A DNA stretch of 61,566 nucleotides, filler included, from Sphacelaria rigidula (Eukaryota): the NCBI GenBank assembly GCA_964200075.2. It is 10 parts of 10 records of this genome, joined end to end, with 100 filler letters (N's around TTAATTAATTAA, not from the genome) between each part and the next. Parts side by side here need not be neighbours in the genome. Positions count along the whole stretch, not along the records: positions 43,169 to 49,234 come from CAXNAA020022465.1; positions 49,335 to 55,400 come from CAXNAA020022466.1; positions 55,501 to 61,566 come from CAXNAA020022467.1; 7 more parts are not named here. The stretch is one strand, 5' to 3'. The position numbers were made by a program, and so were the translations under genes. The notes beneath the pieces are model-generated. The model saw only the letters and a program-made list of their open reading frames with translations. It did not search any database and had not been told where the DNA came from. Positions 49,126 to 61,566 of this stretch are shown piece after piece. Numbering within the stretch: the stretch's first letter is position 1; every line of letters starts with the position of its first letter.

Positions 49126-52100
49126 CTTCCTAGTATCTGACTTCAACCGTGAAAAGCGCGAGAACGTGAGTTGACGCGGTGCGGGAGTGCTGATAGTCAT
49201 GACCCAATCCGTGAGACCAAAATGCAAGGCGTGTNNNNNNNNNNNNNNNNNNNNNNNNNNNNNNNNNNNNNNNNNNNNTTAATTAATTAANNNNNNNNNN
49301 NNNNNNNNNNNNNNNNNNNNNNNNNNNNNNNNNNCTTGGGCTATTGTTACTGAGAATGCTCACTGGGCAACACGATCCGCCGGCATTGAGTCCAGCACGT
49401 GTCGCGGTCATCGGCGCAATATCAATTGGGCGATTGGTACTGAAAATTCTCACTATGCAACACGATCCGCTGGCATTGAGTCGCGGGCAGTACATTGTTC
49501 TACCCTCTCCGGCAGGCGCCGAGATCTTCAGGACAAATGAAAGCTCGTTCGCCGACCCTCGTTCGTGGCGTCAACTAGTTCAAGAGAGCGACCAGGAATA
49601 TGTAAACCCACGTTCCAGAGATCCAGTATCTCAAACTCGAGGTTCCCCGCATATTCGAACGTAAAATTACTGTGAAATATACCAGGAACCTCGAGTTCGA
49701 GACACCTATTCTAATTCCGAATCATTTTGACATCCGTTCATTTCCCGAAAGGAATTCTCCATCCACTCTGAAGTTCATAACCTCCGAGTAGAGGGGGGAA
49801 TATCGAAATAGCGGATGGTGTTTTCACTTTCAAGACCAAAATATCGCCATATCGCGACCGGAGCGTGCATTAGCACCTATAGTTCATAATTACTGCGATT
49901 GTTATGCAGGTTCCCACGACCCATCCTCAACAATACCTGCTCCCGCGAATTTTCAAACCCCCTGTTCTCTGTTACCGATACTGCTGAAATAGAACGGGGT
50001 GGTCTCCGCGACGCTAATTTTCTCGAATCCGCTTTTCGCTATGAACGTTTTGATTCAGTGCAAATATGCAATTATATCTGTGGGCAAGATGGCAAACACT
50101 ATCACCATAGTTTTTTCACGGTTCGGACGAATCATCGCCAGTTCGAATCACCGAATCCACGCTTTTTGCAGGCCTGATTGCTCGAAAGAGAAAAATCTTC
50201 ACCGCTGGTCCAAAAGGTCTCCACGCAAATTTTGCGTCATTCCACGTGCCTGGGCAGCGCGTACCTGGGTTGCAACGCTGAAATAAAAACCTAGGGATGG
50301 ATTCGTGCGGTACGCATCAATTTCACTAAAACCAAGTAAAATCCAGACGAATCGTCAAGTAGTCCGACCCTTGTAATTTTTCGTTGGATTAGAGACCTTG
50401 AACACAGCGGGTGAATTATCATGATTGATTTTGATTGATTGGTTGTCGCACTTTGTGCAGGATGAAAGCAAGTATCCCAATTACGGCGAGGGACCCATCG
50501 CCGGAGGGGGGGCGTCCTTATTTTTGCTTGCTTTAGCCGTCCGGGAGGGGCAGGGCATTTTTCATGAGAGGTACCTCCCACGGTCGTGGTAATATGGCGC
50601 CGGATTGCACCGTCACCAGAATAATGCAGAGCCGACAACAAGCCGGCACACTAAGCCCCATCGATGCATACCCGAAAATGATCCGCATCGTCCACGTCTG
50701 AGAGTCGTCCATCGGGCACAAGGCATCCCGTTGTCGCCAGTCGATGAGTGGAGAGCTTCGAAGGCGAGACGGACGCTCGCCAACCACTTGAACCTCCGTC
50801 ATCTTTTAGGTCACAGAAGCTGATCTAAGAAAACATCTGAACACGCGCCAGGATCACTCGCCCGTCGGCGGAGTAACCGCCGGGTGGAGAGACCGTGACC
50901 CTGCGTGCGTGCCGCAGCAAAGCACGGTACGGGAACACTCGGATGCCATAAGTGCACAAATGAAAAAGGTCGGACGGTGGAACGATTGCTACTGAAATAT
51001 TCGCACAGGTCCTCCAAGGATCAAGCAGAGGCAACGCAAAAACGTCGTCGTTAAAAAAACGGTCTCTGCGCCGTCGCATCGGCGCGGATCACCGTGCACC
51101 AAAACCCAAGTCCTATGGCAAAAATTAAAACAAAACACAAGACCGAAAACCCAAACGATCACAGGCGAAGCATATGTGTAGACCTCACTACCACAGGTAT
51201 AAAGCACACACCCCCAGCCCCCAAGAGACCGATATACTATACAGACAATCACAGACACCGACAACAAAGAATACACACCGAGGAAGGCTACAAAATACGA
51301 AGAAAACCGAGAAGGAAGACAAAAACAGGTCAGCCCCCCGAACACCGCGCAATAGAGGATAACTGAACCACGCATTACGAGGCGCCTCGTACCCAGAACC
51401 CACGGCCCAAGTCCGCGACTCAGTGGGCCAAACAGGGATACCTTTTGTGCGATATGCGCCGAATTTATCACACAACTCCATACTCCGGCATGGAGCGCAA
51501 CACATCCGCAAACTCCGACAGCAGCCGTCCTCACGGATCGCTGCCGCCCCCAACACCACAACGCGTCGGCGCCGACATGTGGAGACAAATAATTCACCAC
51601 GACGACAGAAGGATTCAAAATTCTTCTTGACAGGCGGGTAGGAACCGTCACCCCAACTTCCGGCGGGGCAGACTGTCGTGGATCCAAAGTGAGGTTTAAC
51701 TTCCCGCCCCCCCCTCCGTCCATTTATCACGGAGTTGTCACATCCTTCACACCGACAGCGTGGAGGCTTTCCGTAGACGCCTGGAAAATTCACACGACCC
51801 AATATCCCACAGCCAGGCGGAAGCCTCGCGTACCGCCGACGGAATCTCTCCATCCCCGACCCACGGGACGGGGCATGCCGCGGTGAAACAGTCCCGCCGA
51901 GGTATCTGCACCCTCCGTCCATGTGCTCCGAGCGATTTCCTTGACCTGAAGGCCGCCTGCACAGGGAGTCAAGGGTTACAGGTGACGGGCGCGGCAAGGA
52001 CACGGTGAGCGCAATGAAATATTGAAGAGAGAGAAAAAAAACAGCGCGAGTATCGTGTGCATCGCCGAAGGTGTGGCGCCGATGCAGTGTGCATCACAGC

Positions 52101-53149
52101 GGTGCACGCACAACGTGCGCCGGCCACGACATTCTGTCGCCGGAATGGCAGGCATGAACATAACTTGGTGTAGGAGATGGGCGCTGAAGTACGGAGGCAA
52201 GAGGTAGTGTTCGTGCCGTAGCACAGAAACGGCGAAGACGAGACAATATGTGAATGCGAACCCGCGGTTCGACAGAAAACTACTCCTATCGTAGCGCAAT
52301 ACTGCTGCCGCGCCCTGCTTGTGTCATGGGACTTTTATCACCAGTTGGATGGACGAAATGTGGATTCCATCCCCCAAGGTTTGTCTCCTTTACTTTGTGC
52401 ATGTGAGCTCCCAACTTCATTCCGATATCACTTGTTCCGACAAAAACATGGCCCGAGCGCGTAGCACTATTGAAAGATACGAGTTCTTTCGTATGCGATG
52501 GCAGTACTGTACACGGGTTAGGGGCTCTCACTAGGGCTTTCGACAGAAAATACATGTAGAAAACGCCGCAATCACCAAACCGTTGAAATCGGTCTATTTC
52601 GTAAATTCCGCACCGCGTTCGAGCATATGTCGACGCACTTGGTGGCCGTCTCGACATCGAGAACGCGCTTTGGTGGAGGCGTCTATGGCAGTTCGCGCAC
52701 CGACGGCATAACGTGCTGAGTGAGTGTCTTGCAGCCTTTTTCCATCGAAAAAAAAGAGCGATGGCAATTAGTTTTAGCGAAATTCGATATTGTAACTCGA
52801 TTTGGGTCGAGGCGAATTTTCAAGCTTTCTATCGGAAAAGGACGGTGAAATTCGTGAAGCGGTATATGGCCGTTTGTGAAAACTACGGACAGTCCGTACT
52901 GTCTGCGCTGTTTGAATGCAGTGTATATTGACTTCGTGTCTGCATGTTTCGTGCAGCCTGATGTGAGAGAGGAGCGGGCAACATGCAGAACCTCCACGGC
53001 AGCACCATCTGTTCTCTCTGCCCACAACGGGACGTGAGAAGGACTCGGACAACGCGCAGCTTTGTACATGCATTGCGTCTATGACCGCGTCCGCGAGGGG
53101 GTTGGCCACCTCACCACGCCGTTTTAACCTTCGTCCCTACGATGAAAGA

Positions 53150-54350
53150 AGATGGTCAAGTTTTCACACGTCGGACGAAGACGAGTATGAATCGTGGCTT
53201 GCACTCGTTGGGCTGCTCGTGGTGAAAAAAAATGAAGAGGGCGAGTACTCGAGTCATTGGTCGTTGTGGGAATACATGAATGGGGGGGAGTACTCGAGTC
53301 ATTGGTCGTTGTGGGAATACATTAATGGGGCGAGTACGCGAATCATTGCTCGTGGTGAAAAAAAATCACACGACGGACTAGTCATTAGTCGTCGAAACGA
53401 CTGCACTCGTGGACGTTTTTTAAAACACAACGAGCATGACTCGTGTGCTCTAGTCATCGTTTCTTTTTACAACGAGCAACGACTCGTGTGCTAGAGTCAT
53501 TCAGTTTTTTCACAACGAGTAATGACTCGTGTGCTCGAGTCATTTTTTTTAAGAACGAGCAATCACTTGTGTACTTTCGTCATTATTTTTATACAGCGAG
53601 CAATGACTCGAGTGCTCGCCCTCAAAAAATGTAAATGTACTGCTCGAGATATACTCTCCGCTGCTTTGGTAAGACTCTGATCAGTATGTGTGTGAGGGTG
53701 CTTGGATAAACTGAAAACTAACTTTGGAGCTTGACGCTTGCACATGTGCAGACATGCATATTAACTTGAAGATTCTAGGTTCAAGATCGTCGAAGGGCTC
53801 ATTACAATTATTTGCTCGTCGGATTGCTGGCTACTCCACTCAAGTCATTCATCATGAACAATGACTCGAGTGCTCGCCCTATTATTATTTTTCACAGCGA
53901 GAAATGACTCGAGTACTCACCTTATCAATTTTTACCGCTAACGAGCAGCCCAACGAGTGTCAGTGCCACTAGTCATACTCGTGCTCGTCCGGCGTGTCAA
54001 AAAAATATAGGGCGAATACTCGAGTCATTGCTCGTAGTGGCAAAAATTAGTAGGGCGAATACTCGAGTCATTGCTCGTGGTGGCAAAAATATAGTAGGGC
54101 GAGTACTCGAGTCATTGCCCGTGGTGGAAAAATATAGTAGGGCGAGCGCTCGACTCACTGCTCGTGGCGGAGAAAAATCATAGGTCTAGCACTCGAGTAA
54201 TTGTTCGTGTGGAAAAAATCATGACTCCAGTACACGAGTCGTCGGTCTTGGTGAAGACAAATAAATAACTCGAGCACACGAGCCGTACTCGTGGTGTTTT
54301 CAAGAAACATTAACGAGTGCACTCGTTTCGACGAGTAATGACTCGTCCGA
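53150..54350. repeat. Arrays of ~43-bp gagtactcgagtcattgctcgtgg units in alternating orientation
   Basis: Best-preserved units at 54001-54170; inverted copies at ~53430-53625 and ~53855-53990. Confidence 0.8.
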
Positions 54351-56350
54351 CGTGTGCAAGTTTTCGCCGACAAAATGTACACACAGCATACGCAACTACT
54401 GCAGTGCATCCACCCCTGTGCTCAACTCCTGCTCAATGCTGCAGGGTTGCGACCGTAGCCAACGATGAGTGGTGTGCACTAGTTTGCATGATCATGTGGA
54501 CGGATGGTATGTGGCGTGGTAGTCTATAAGCTAGGGGTCCAGCACCTCTTCGTGCCTTTCCCCCGCATTTTTGTTAGAAAAAGGTTGGCTTTACTGTTTT
54601 TCACTTCTTCTCCGCTCGCCACTAAGGCCGTGTCTTCGCATACCACATTTGGATCGAAACGTGCAGTGGAAAACAGAAACCCCGACGAAATAGGTCGTAA
54701 TTTGAACCAGCTTAAAAAGAAGCCACGAGAGCTGAATAGCAGGAACGGTAGTGGAAGGACAAGCCTACCAATGTGACCACGGGTTCCAGAGATCGGACAA
54801 ATGTGCGCAAACAATAAGTTAATACAAAATAGGTGAAATCACGGCTTATCAAATCTGACTCTTCCTTTTCCACCGTACATTTCCCATATTAAAATGATGT
54901 GCGAAGGCACGCCGTAATGATGAAACAATCGTTGATGCCAACTAGGAGCAAAACGCGGTGGACATATGCGATGACAAAAAAATTTCCACCACACTTTTTC
55001 GAGCGACAAAAACATACACGAAGGAATGTCATCCATGGGAGGGTGTTGACGTCGAAACATGATGTTTTACTGCTGGTAGACACCATCCGCCTTTGCGCCT
55101 TCGGCGACAACCCGCGGCGGGCAGGAATCGCTGAACCAAACCTGATTGGCCCATCTGTACCTCTCCATACATAAGGGTCGTTTCCCAGTTGAGACGAACG
55201 CCTATTCCGTGGGAACATAAAAGGTGAACGCCGTTCGCTTAGCGGTGTTCACTGACTGCAAAAGGAACAGGTACGAAAGGAACAGGTACGGTAGGTGCTG
55301 GTATCTTGAAATACCGTGGTATCGTGGGTATCGTAGGTATGACACTTGAAAATACCCGATTGGGTCGGTATCGGTAGGGTATGAGATGTCCGAAATACCG
55401 NNNNNNNNNNNNNNNNNNNNNNNNNNNNNNNNNNNNNNNNNNNNTTAATTAATTAANNNNNNNNNNNNNNNNNNNNNNNNNNNNNNNNNNNNNNNNNNNN
55501 CCCCCCCCCGCCTCTCTTGCTTAAAAGGGGTGCGCGGGCCACCGCCAAAAAACTAAAGCAAAACAAAAATTTGTCCCCCCCCCCCCCCCCCCCCAAGCTT
55601 CGCTGTGGATCCGCCCCTCCCATGGTTCGCCGTGGATCCGCCCTTGGCAGAACTAGATCGATCGCGTGCACCGCCCTTTCCACTGGCGATATCACCACTG
55701 GAAGTCGCCTCGGTTTCCCCAGAGGACGGCGGGGGTAGCAAGCGGCGACCCTGGCAACCGCAGCTCAGAATGCAGTTTCGCAAACACGTGCATTTTTGCA
55801 GCGGTGGCCTCTTTCCGGCGCCTTTACCGGGTTATATGAGCACCTCAGGGTCCGCACGTTTCCAGACACATCAGCGTACGTGTGGCTTGATAAATCAACA
55901 ACGATGCTGTCCCGGGTGAGCACCTCTGCCTCTCTGCTCGCCGGTTTGATGCCCTCCTTGTGATGAGTCTTTCTTTGTGGTTCAACACCCCACCCGCCCT
56001 CCCCAGCCCGCACGCAGCGAATTATACCGTCACACCCCGCCGCGTCCACCACCGCCGCCGCCGCTCTCCCACCCCTTCGTTCGCCTGCCACCAGTTCAGG
56101 CTGCTGCGCAGGCCCTACTACCCAATCGCCCACGACACCTGTGCCGCCAGTATTTCCCGCCACACGTTGCCCGCTTGCAGTCGTGGGTGTGATTTCACTA
56201 AGGGCAGACGATATTCCTGCCCCATGCGTGACGATCAAGGGTATAGTATTGTCGTCGAGTAGTACTCGCTTGAAAGTACCGCTGGCGAGGTAATTCCGGG
56301 CGTGCTTGCTTGTTCTCCCGTGGCAAGTCCTGCAAGCCTGCCTCCCCACG

Positions 56351-56419
56351 GTGCTCCGTCTCGAAAGGGATGCGTGGTCAATGGTCCAACGACTAAGGCA
56401 AGCAACAAATGAGTACGCC
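56351..56419 (+). repeat. Structured C-tract-associated repeat, subfamily A (reference copy)
   Basis: gtgctccgtctcgaaagggatgcgtggtcaatggtccaacgactaaggcaagcaacaaatgagtacgcc. Confidence 0.9.
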
Positions 56420-56509
56420 CCCGGTGCCCCTCGCGCAAGTGGTGGCGGACAAATGCCCCCACCCCTGACCCAGCAAAAAAAGTTATACCCCCCCCCCCCC
56501 CCCCCCGGT

Positions 56510-56857
56510 GAAGCGCAGCCGTCGATGTGGGGTGGAATCTTGTGTCGCACTTTTGCAGTTTATCCGTTCGCGCTCGTTGCTCATGCGCCTTGATAACACC
56601 CACGGTGTCGGGATTACCGTACGCAAGCGCCCCCTTCGTCCCGGCATCCGTCCATTCAGTACGCACCTCGCCCGCATGGTAGGCTTCGAGTGCCGGGTAT
56701 CCGCTCTCCGTGACGGCCTGAGGAGGTTTTCTGTGCACCTCCACTGCGTAGTCCACGACGTGACCCTGTGCAATGTAGTAAGGATCAAGCTGTTCGGCAT
56801 CTGGGCAGGCAGATCTTCTCCACTGCACGGCAAGACTTTTGTTGGAGTGCCCCATAC
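56510..56857 (-). CDS. Possible orphan exon, unknown protein
   Basis: ttgcttactcAG acceptor, then a stop-free protein-like frame GMGHSNKSLAVQW...LDPYYIAQGHVVDYAVEVHRKPP...; 3' boundary not determined. Confidence 0.35.
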
Positions 56858-57684
56858 CTGAGTAAGCAACACGGCGGGACAGGATCGAACGGGCGACGGG
56901 CCGGCATGCGGGAAATATGAACGCGGGCGAGGAAGAAAACGCATACATCAGCCTTCTCGATCGGAATACACACGGTGGATACTTCCGGATACAACCAATC
57001 ATTGCACTGAAAATTTGATCGTTGCAGCGGCGATAAACCAGGGCAGGCTGTCATTCGTCTGTGGCTGAGGAGGGCGGGGGACGTGTGTGCTCGTTTCCCA
57101 GCGTTTTAAACATATTTTCTTAACCCAAAAAACACCGTAGAGTTCATTAAAAAAAAAACGATCGGACATCGTTAAGGACCCGTAAAAATTTAGGTACCTT
57201 TACTTATGGGACAGAGGAAGTGTTATATATATGTGTGTTACTAGCGAAGCCAATATCAATGTTTCACACGTCGGACGGATCAGCTCGTGACAGATCCGGG
57301 TCAGCTCATTTTGGGCATAGATCATGATCCGTCCGAGGTGAGCTGTCACCCGTACACGTTTCTCCGATGCTTATCCGTAAGACCCGCTTGATCCGTACAT
57401 TTTTGCCGAGCGACGAGCTGTACAACCCGGTTTATACACACACTTTCGTGTACAACTGATCTACAGAGCCGTGTCATCTGTACAACATCACATGTCATTT
57501 ATATCACTCGGGTCAGGTGAGCGCAGTAGCTTGTCGTCGACCCGTGCGATTCGAATCTCATGTACACCAAAAACTACCCCTTACCTATGGAATCCGAATC
57601 TAGTGTACAAGAAACCCTCCCCCGCACCCGTAAGATCCGGATCAAGTATGCAAGATCCGGATCAAGTATGCAAGAAAACAGTTC

Positions 57685-58090
57685 CCTCACCTGTTAACGT
57701 GTATGGCCCGGGTACAACAGTGCATGTTTACAAGTCCGGACGTTGGCTGTTGCAGCCCGGGCATATGGAACATGAACTACGTATATTTTATTCCGAGTGG
57801 TTCTTGCATATATTTTTCCGAAGATGTGCACTGTCGGCGCATCCGAATAAAGTATACAATGACAGTATTCAGTAATCCTCACCTGCTAACCTGGTCCTGG
57901 TACATTGTGCATGTTCACAAGTCCGTATGTTGGCTGTAGCAACCCGGGCATATGGAACATGAAGTACGTATATTTTATTCCGGGTGGTACCACGGTAGGG
58001 CTGCATATTTTTTCTGAAGATGTGCTCTGTCGGCGCATCCGAATGAAGCATACAATAAACAGTATTCAGTATTCCTCACCTGCCAACCCG
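57685..58090 (+). repeat. About 190-bp tandem duplication
   Basis: cctcacctg...gtgcatgtt.acaagtccg...cccgggcatatggaacatgaa...gtcggcgcatccgaat occurs twice. Confidence 0.85.
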
Positions 58091-59559
58091 TGTGATTCGT
58101 ACGTATTTGTCCCATGATGACCTGTATGACCCGAGTATCCGTACATGATCTCCTTGGGCACACCTATGTAATCAGAATCAGGTGTACACGAAACGTCAAG
58201 AAGAACCTGTGTATCATCATAACCCGTACAAGATACCTCCCTGGTGATCGATGAGATCCGGATCACGAGGACCATTCCATAACTAGTTGAACTGTATCAC
58301 CCGGATCGGGTACACTTGTGTGTTCACACTTGAGCTGTATGACGCGCATCCTAGAGAAAGTGATCCGTCCGACGTGTGCAACGCTTCACCAAAGTCTCCA
58401 AAGGTACTCACAATACGGTGACGCACTCCAGTGTCCTCTGGTTTCAAAGGATATTTTCTGTGCTGAGGACCCCAGATTATCCGGAATATCCAGCATCGGG
58501 AATTTGGAGAGCACGTTCCTGGCTTCACCAGTGTTCTGAGATCCCGGTCCCCCATACAGCATTCACGATAATCATGTCCCAAAACCAGCAGCTTGCTCGC
58601 TGCATGGTCGGCGAGGATGGATCACTGACGATCCTGAGCAACCTGAGTGTCCGCCACGCTGCATCCGCGAACCTAGACTCTACAGCTCGAGCAAGAGCAC
58701 ACGATATCGAGTATTCCGTACAATCATGGCGATCCAAAAAATGTTGAGTATTGCAGGGGACCCAGAATACCGAACATCATATCGAAAAACACTGAGTCAT
58801 TCCAAGGTGAAGTATATTATACAATGGACACAGTACAGGGGGAGCGATGTGCAATGTAGCGTCAAAAACGTGCTCGAGGTAAGCTAAACCTGCCATCGGC
58901 AGGACCAAGATTCGCCCAAACGTAACCAAATTTTTGCGCCTCTCTCGCGTATACAGCTGTGTGGTGGTAACGAGCGCACACCACTCATGATGTATGACCC
59001 TAGTAAAGAGGTGAACACATCGAAAATGCACATTTTAAGGTGGCTCAAAATCTTCGTAGAGTTATCATGCACCATATTTCTCAAACGCATCGGGAGGTGT
59101 TAGGGGTAAGGTACCGTGCCCGAGGTACCCTGGGTTCTCCGAGTGTTCCAAGAAAGATCCTCGGGGTATCGACGGCCGAAAATAACGAGTGTCCCAAGGT
59201 ATCAAGGGCGCCCGAAAAGTACTGAGTTTGATTCGATTGATTGAGTGATTGATTGATTGTCGCACTTTAATTGACCCCCCCAGGGATCCAGCCGTGGTTG
59301 CATGATAGACGTACCCAAGAATAAACGAAAGTGAAAACACTCGCTGAAGAAAAAGAAGGAACTGTGAGTATTTTACGGTGTTATGTGGTATGGGCAACTC
59401 CCAGAATACCCGCATTCATATCCCACCCTGCCTTACCATACCCTGAGTACTTTTGAATAACCTTATATCTAGAGTCTGGTGATAGCGTATGTACACTTGT
59501 CTGTCATTCCATGTCCTCCGTTTGTTGTCGCCTCTCGGTTGCGGCGTTGGTGTGCGCAG

Positions 59560-59676
59560 GTGGACCTCATCGTAGAAGCCCGGCGACAGCTCGACCCCGT
59601 GGACAAACTCATTACGGGAGCCAAATGGGATGCCATCCGCAACATCATCAAGACCTACCCATTGGCAGACATGAAG
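59560..59676 (+). CDS. Internal exon, PsbQ-like/thylakoid-lumen helical protein
   Basis: gcgcAG acceptor, AAG|GTggga donor, phase 0/0. VDLIVEARRQLDPVDKLITGAKWDAIRNIIKTYPLADMK fits the LxxLIxxxxWxxVRxxL pattern. Confidence 0.55.
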
Positions 59677-61566
59677 GTGGGAAAGAAAAGGGCTACACGT
59701 CGGTACAATTACTCGAGCATTTTTTCCAAAGGTAGGGTATGGGTATGGGTACGGGTACGGGTACGGGTACGCGTATGGCTCAGTATTTCAGATGCCCTGC
59801 AATACTCAGTATTGTTTGCAGTCGATACCCGAGGTGCCCTCGAGTTCTCCACACTTTCGGCGGTTGATATCTCATTCATTCTAGGGTACTCGGTACTGCC
59901 AATAGCATTAAAACTCGGGGTACTCTGGAGTATGGCACCCCACCCTCACAATCTTTGTAATTTTGTAGTGTGACCACAGGTTGATGAGTTAGGTGATTGG
60001 CTGTTATATTAACTTGTCAACAGCGGACCCAGCCGTGGTCACAAGGTATTATCCTAACTCTGTACCGACATTCCTACATCAGTCTCGTAGTACACACGAC
60101 GTGCTGTAGAGAGATTGATTGATCCCTTGAGACCATAGACTCGTCCCCAGGAAAGAAAGGGATTTAAATAGCGACGAAAAAAACAAATAGCGGCCGCGGC
60201 CGTGAAAGTGTTTTCATCGGCCGTGAAAGTGTTTTCATCTCCGTGCACCCAAAGCAAGGCACGCAGCGCCAGAAAGAAGGCAAAACGGGAGGTGAAGAGG
60301 GGTGAGGCCTGCGTAATATATCGCCCCCAAAAGAAGCCGAGAACATATGTATACAGGTGAAGCACCTAGCGTCGCTTGTGAGCGGATGAAGATCTTCACT
60401 TTCTGCGCGACCCGAACCAGCAGCCGATATATTTGCAGCAATACTACGGTAGCTTCACTCGGACCTGTTCGAGTGACGGAAGCATATCCCGTCCAACGAG
60501 CACCCTCCCTGGTTTCGTCTAGCACTATCACGGAGGTACCGTTAACAGCAACAGTCCCAGCCTAACCGATGCTGGAGAGAGAAACCCGGATCCGGCGGGG
60601 AAAATTGTCCCAGCGGCGCCCAGCGGCGCTAGCGCATTTACTAGGCGAACCGGAAGCTTATCCTCAGCAATTCCATCCTCAACGCGTTCCAACCCATTAT
60701 CTTTGCGTAGATGGCTGTTCACGTCTCGTGAGAGACCTTCAGACCCCGAACAGTTCGTAGTCAGCAGTGATTGGGAATCTTAGTTTGGGGCCGACGCCAT
60801 GACAGGGTAGTAGTTGCAGCTGCGATCCAGAGCGAAGCCGATACCTCCTTGCCATCTCGGACTTGCTACTATCGCGCCTGCTACTCATCGTTTCCCTGCG
60901 CGCATCGCGTGGAAATACGATTTAGAATGCCAGTGTTGGTGTGGGTCTACGGTAGGGGTGCACATTTTCCCCCCGAAGCTCTGCGCTGTCGGAGCCTCTG
61001 GATGTCAAACATCCGGGCCCTATTGTGCAGCCTCACAAGCGTTTTGGACTAAAACTTGCACCCCAACCGTAGGATCCTTCGTTAATGAATCAGCCACATG
61101 AAACCCAGGAGCCCATGGTCGCTCCTGGACTGTAATCACAAGAAGTCAACACCTAAAAACTCAATAACAAAAGGGTTATGTTTATTGGTGCGTTCCAGGC
61201 GGTAGAAGATACCTGTTACCGGTGAGGCTTCAGTCATGACCTTGGCGTGCTGGTCAGTCGACTTGACAAAATCGGAGCGAACCTTCTTTCCCCCAACCGG
61301 CTCACGCAGAAAGTGGTGTTTTGATTGATTGATTGATTCATTGTCGCACTTTAACTGACCCGCCAGGGGTCCAGCCGTGGTGTCATGATAGACGTACCGT
61401 GTTGCACCACGATATGCTCACTGTTGACGCTTCTTGGCGAGTTGCACGCCAAACAGAAGTGCTTCTCTCCCTCCCCCCCCCTTTGCCTGGTCCGGCGAGA
61501 ACCCGGTGTGCTCCGTCCCGGCTTCGTAGGGGCGGACCCCCGATGGGGGTGGCGACGCTTGGCGAT

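Noticed and set aside
50560..52000. Long overlapping ORFs (244 and 271 aa) as genes or a retroelement
   Set aside because: No diagnostic motif or consistent splice structure found; possibly old TE sequence but unsupported.
54001..54170. 43-bp palindromic units as a CRISPR array
   Set aside because: Head-to-tail units with no unique spacers.
56351..56419. Structured repeat as a hammerhead or HDV-like ribozyme, or an SRP Alu domain
   Set aside because: No CUGAnGA core on either strand, no evident HDV double pseudoknot, and only a UGUA word in subfamily B.
60330..61080. Possible DIRS/LINE-like coding relic
   Set aside because: Looks coding-like but I could not identify catalytic motifs.

Overview
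This window is not one locus. It is ten unlinked contigs of 6066-6067 bp (1-6067, 6168-12234, 12335-18401, 18502-24568, 24669-30735, 30836-36902, 37003-43068, 43169-49234, 49335-55400, 55501-61566), joined by identical 100-bp artificial linkers (44 N + TTAATTAATTAA + 44 N), i.e. a size-sorted draft assembly. The DNA is intron-rich eukaryotic nuclear sequence, most likely a brown alga (inferred from the 5S rRNA-like sequence and the GT-AG short-exon/long-intron layout). Almost all ORF-track entries are spurious. Hand splicing recovers fragments of an Hv1-like voltage-sensor protein, tripeptidyl-peptidase II, a WDR31-like WD40 protein, a DNPH1-like protein with a large acidic insert, a PsbQ-like exon, a possible JmjC/cupin-like gene and several orphan exons. 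Mobile DNA dominates: decayed Ty3/gypsy and copia relics, a spliced KDZ-like transposase pseudogene, many MITEs, tRNA-derived SINE-like pieces and a 5S rRNA-tRNA chimera. The most unusual signal is a short interspersed family (about 10 copies in 7 of the 10 contigs... present in 2,3,4,6,8,10) whose subfamilies differ in sequence yet keep the same predicted multi-stem fold and sit beside C-rich tracts. All family assignments come from visual motif recognition; no searches or folding programs were run.
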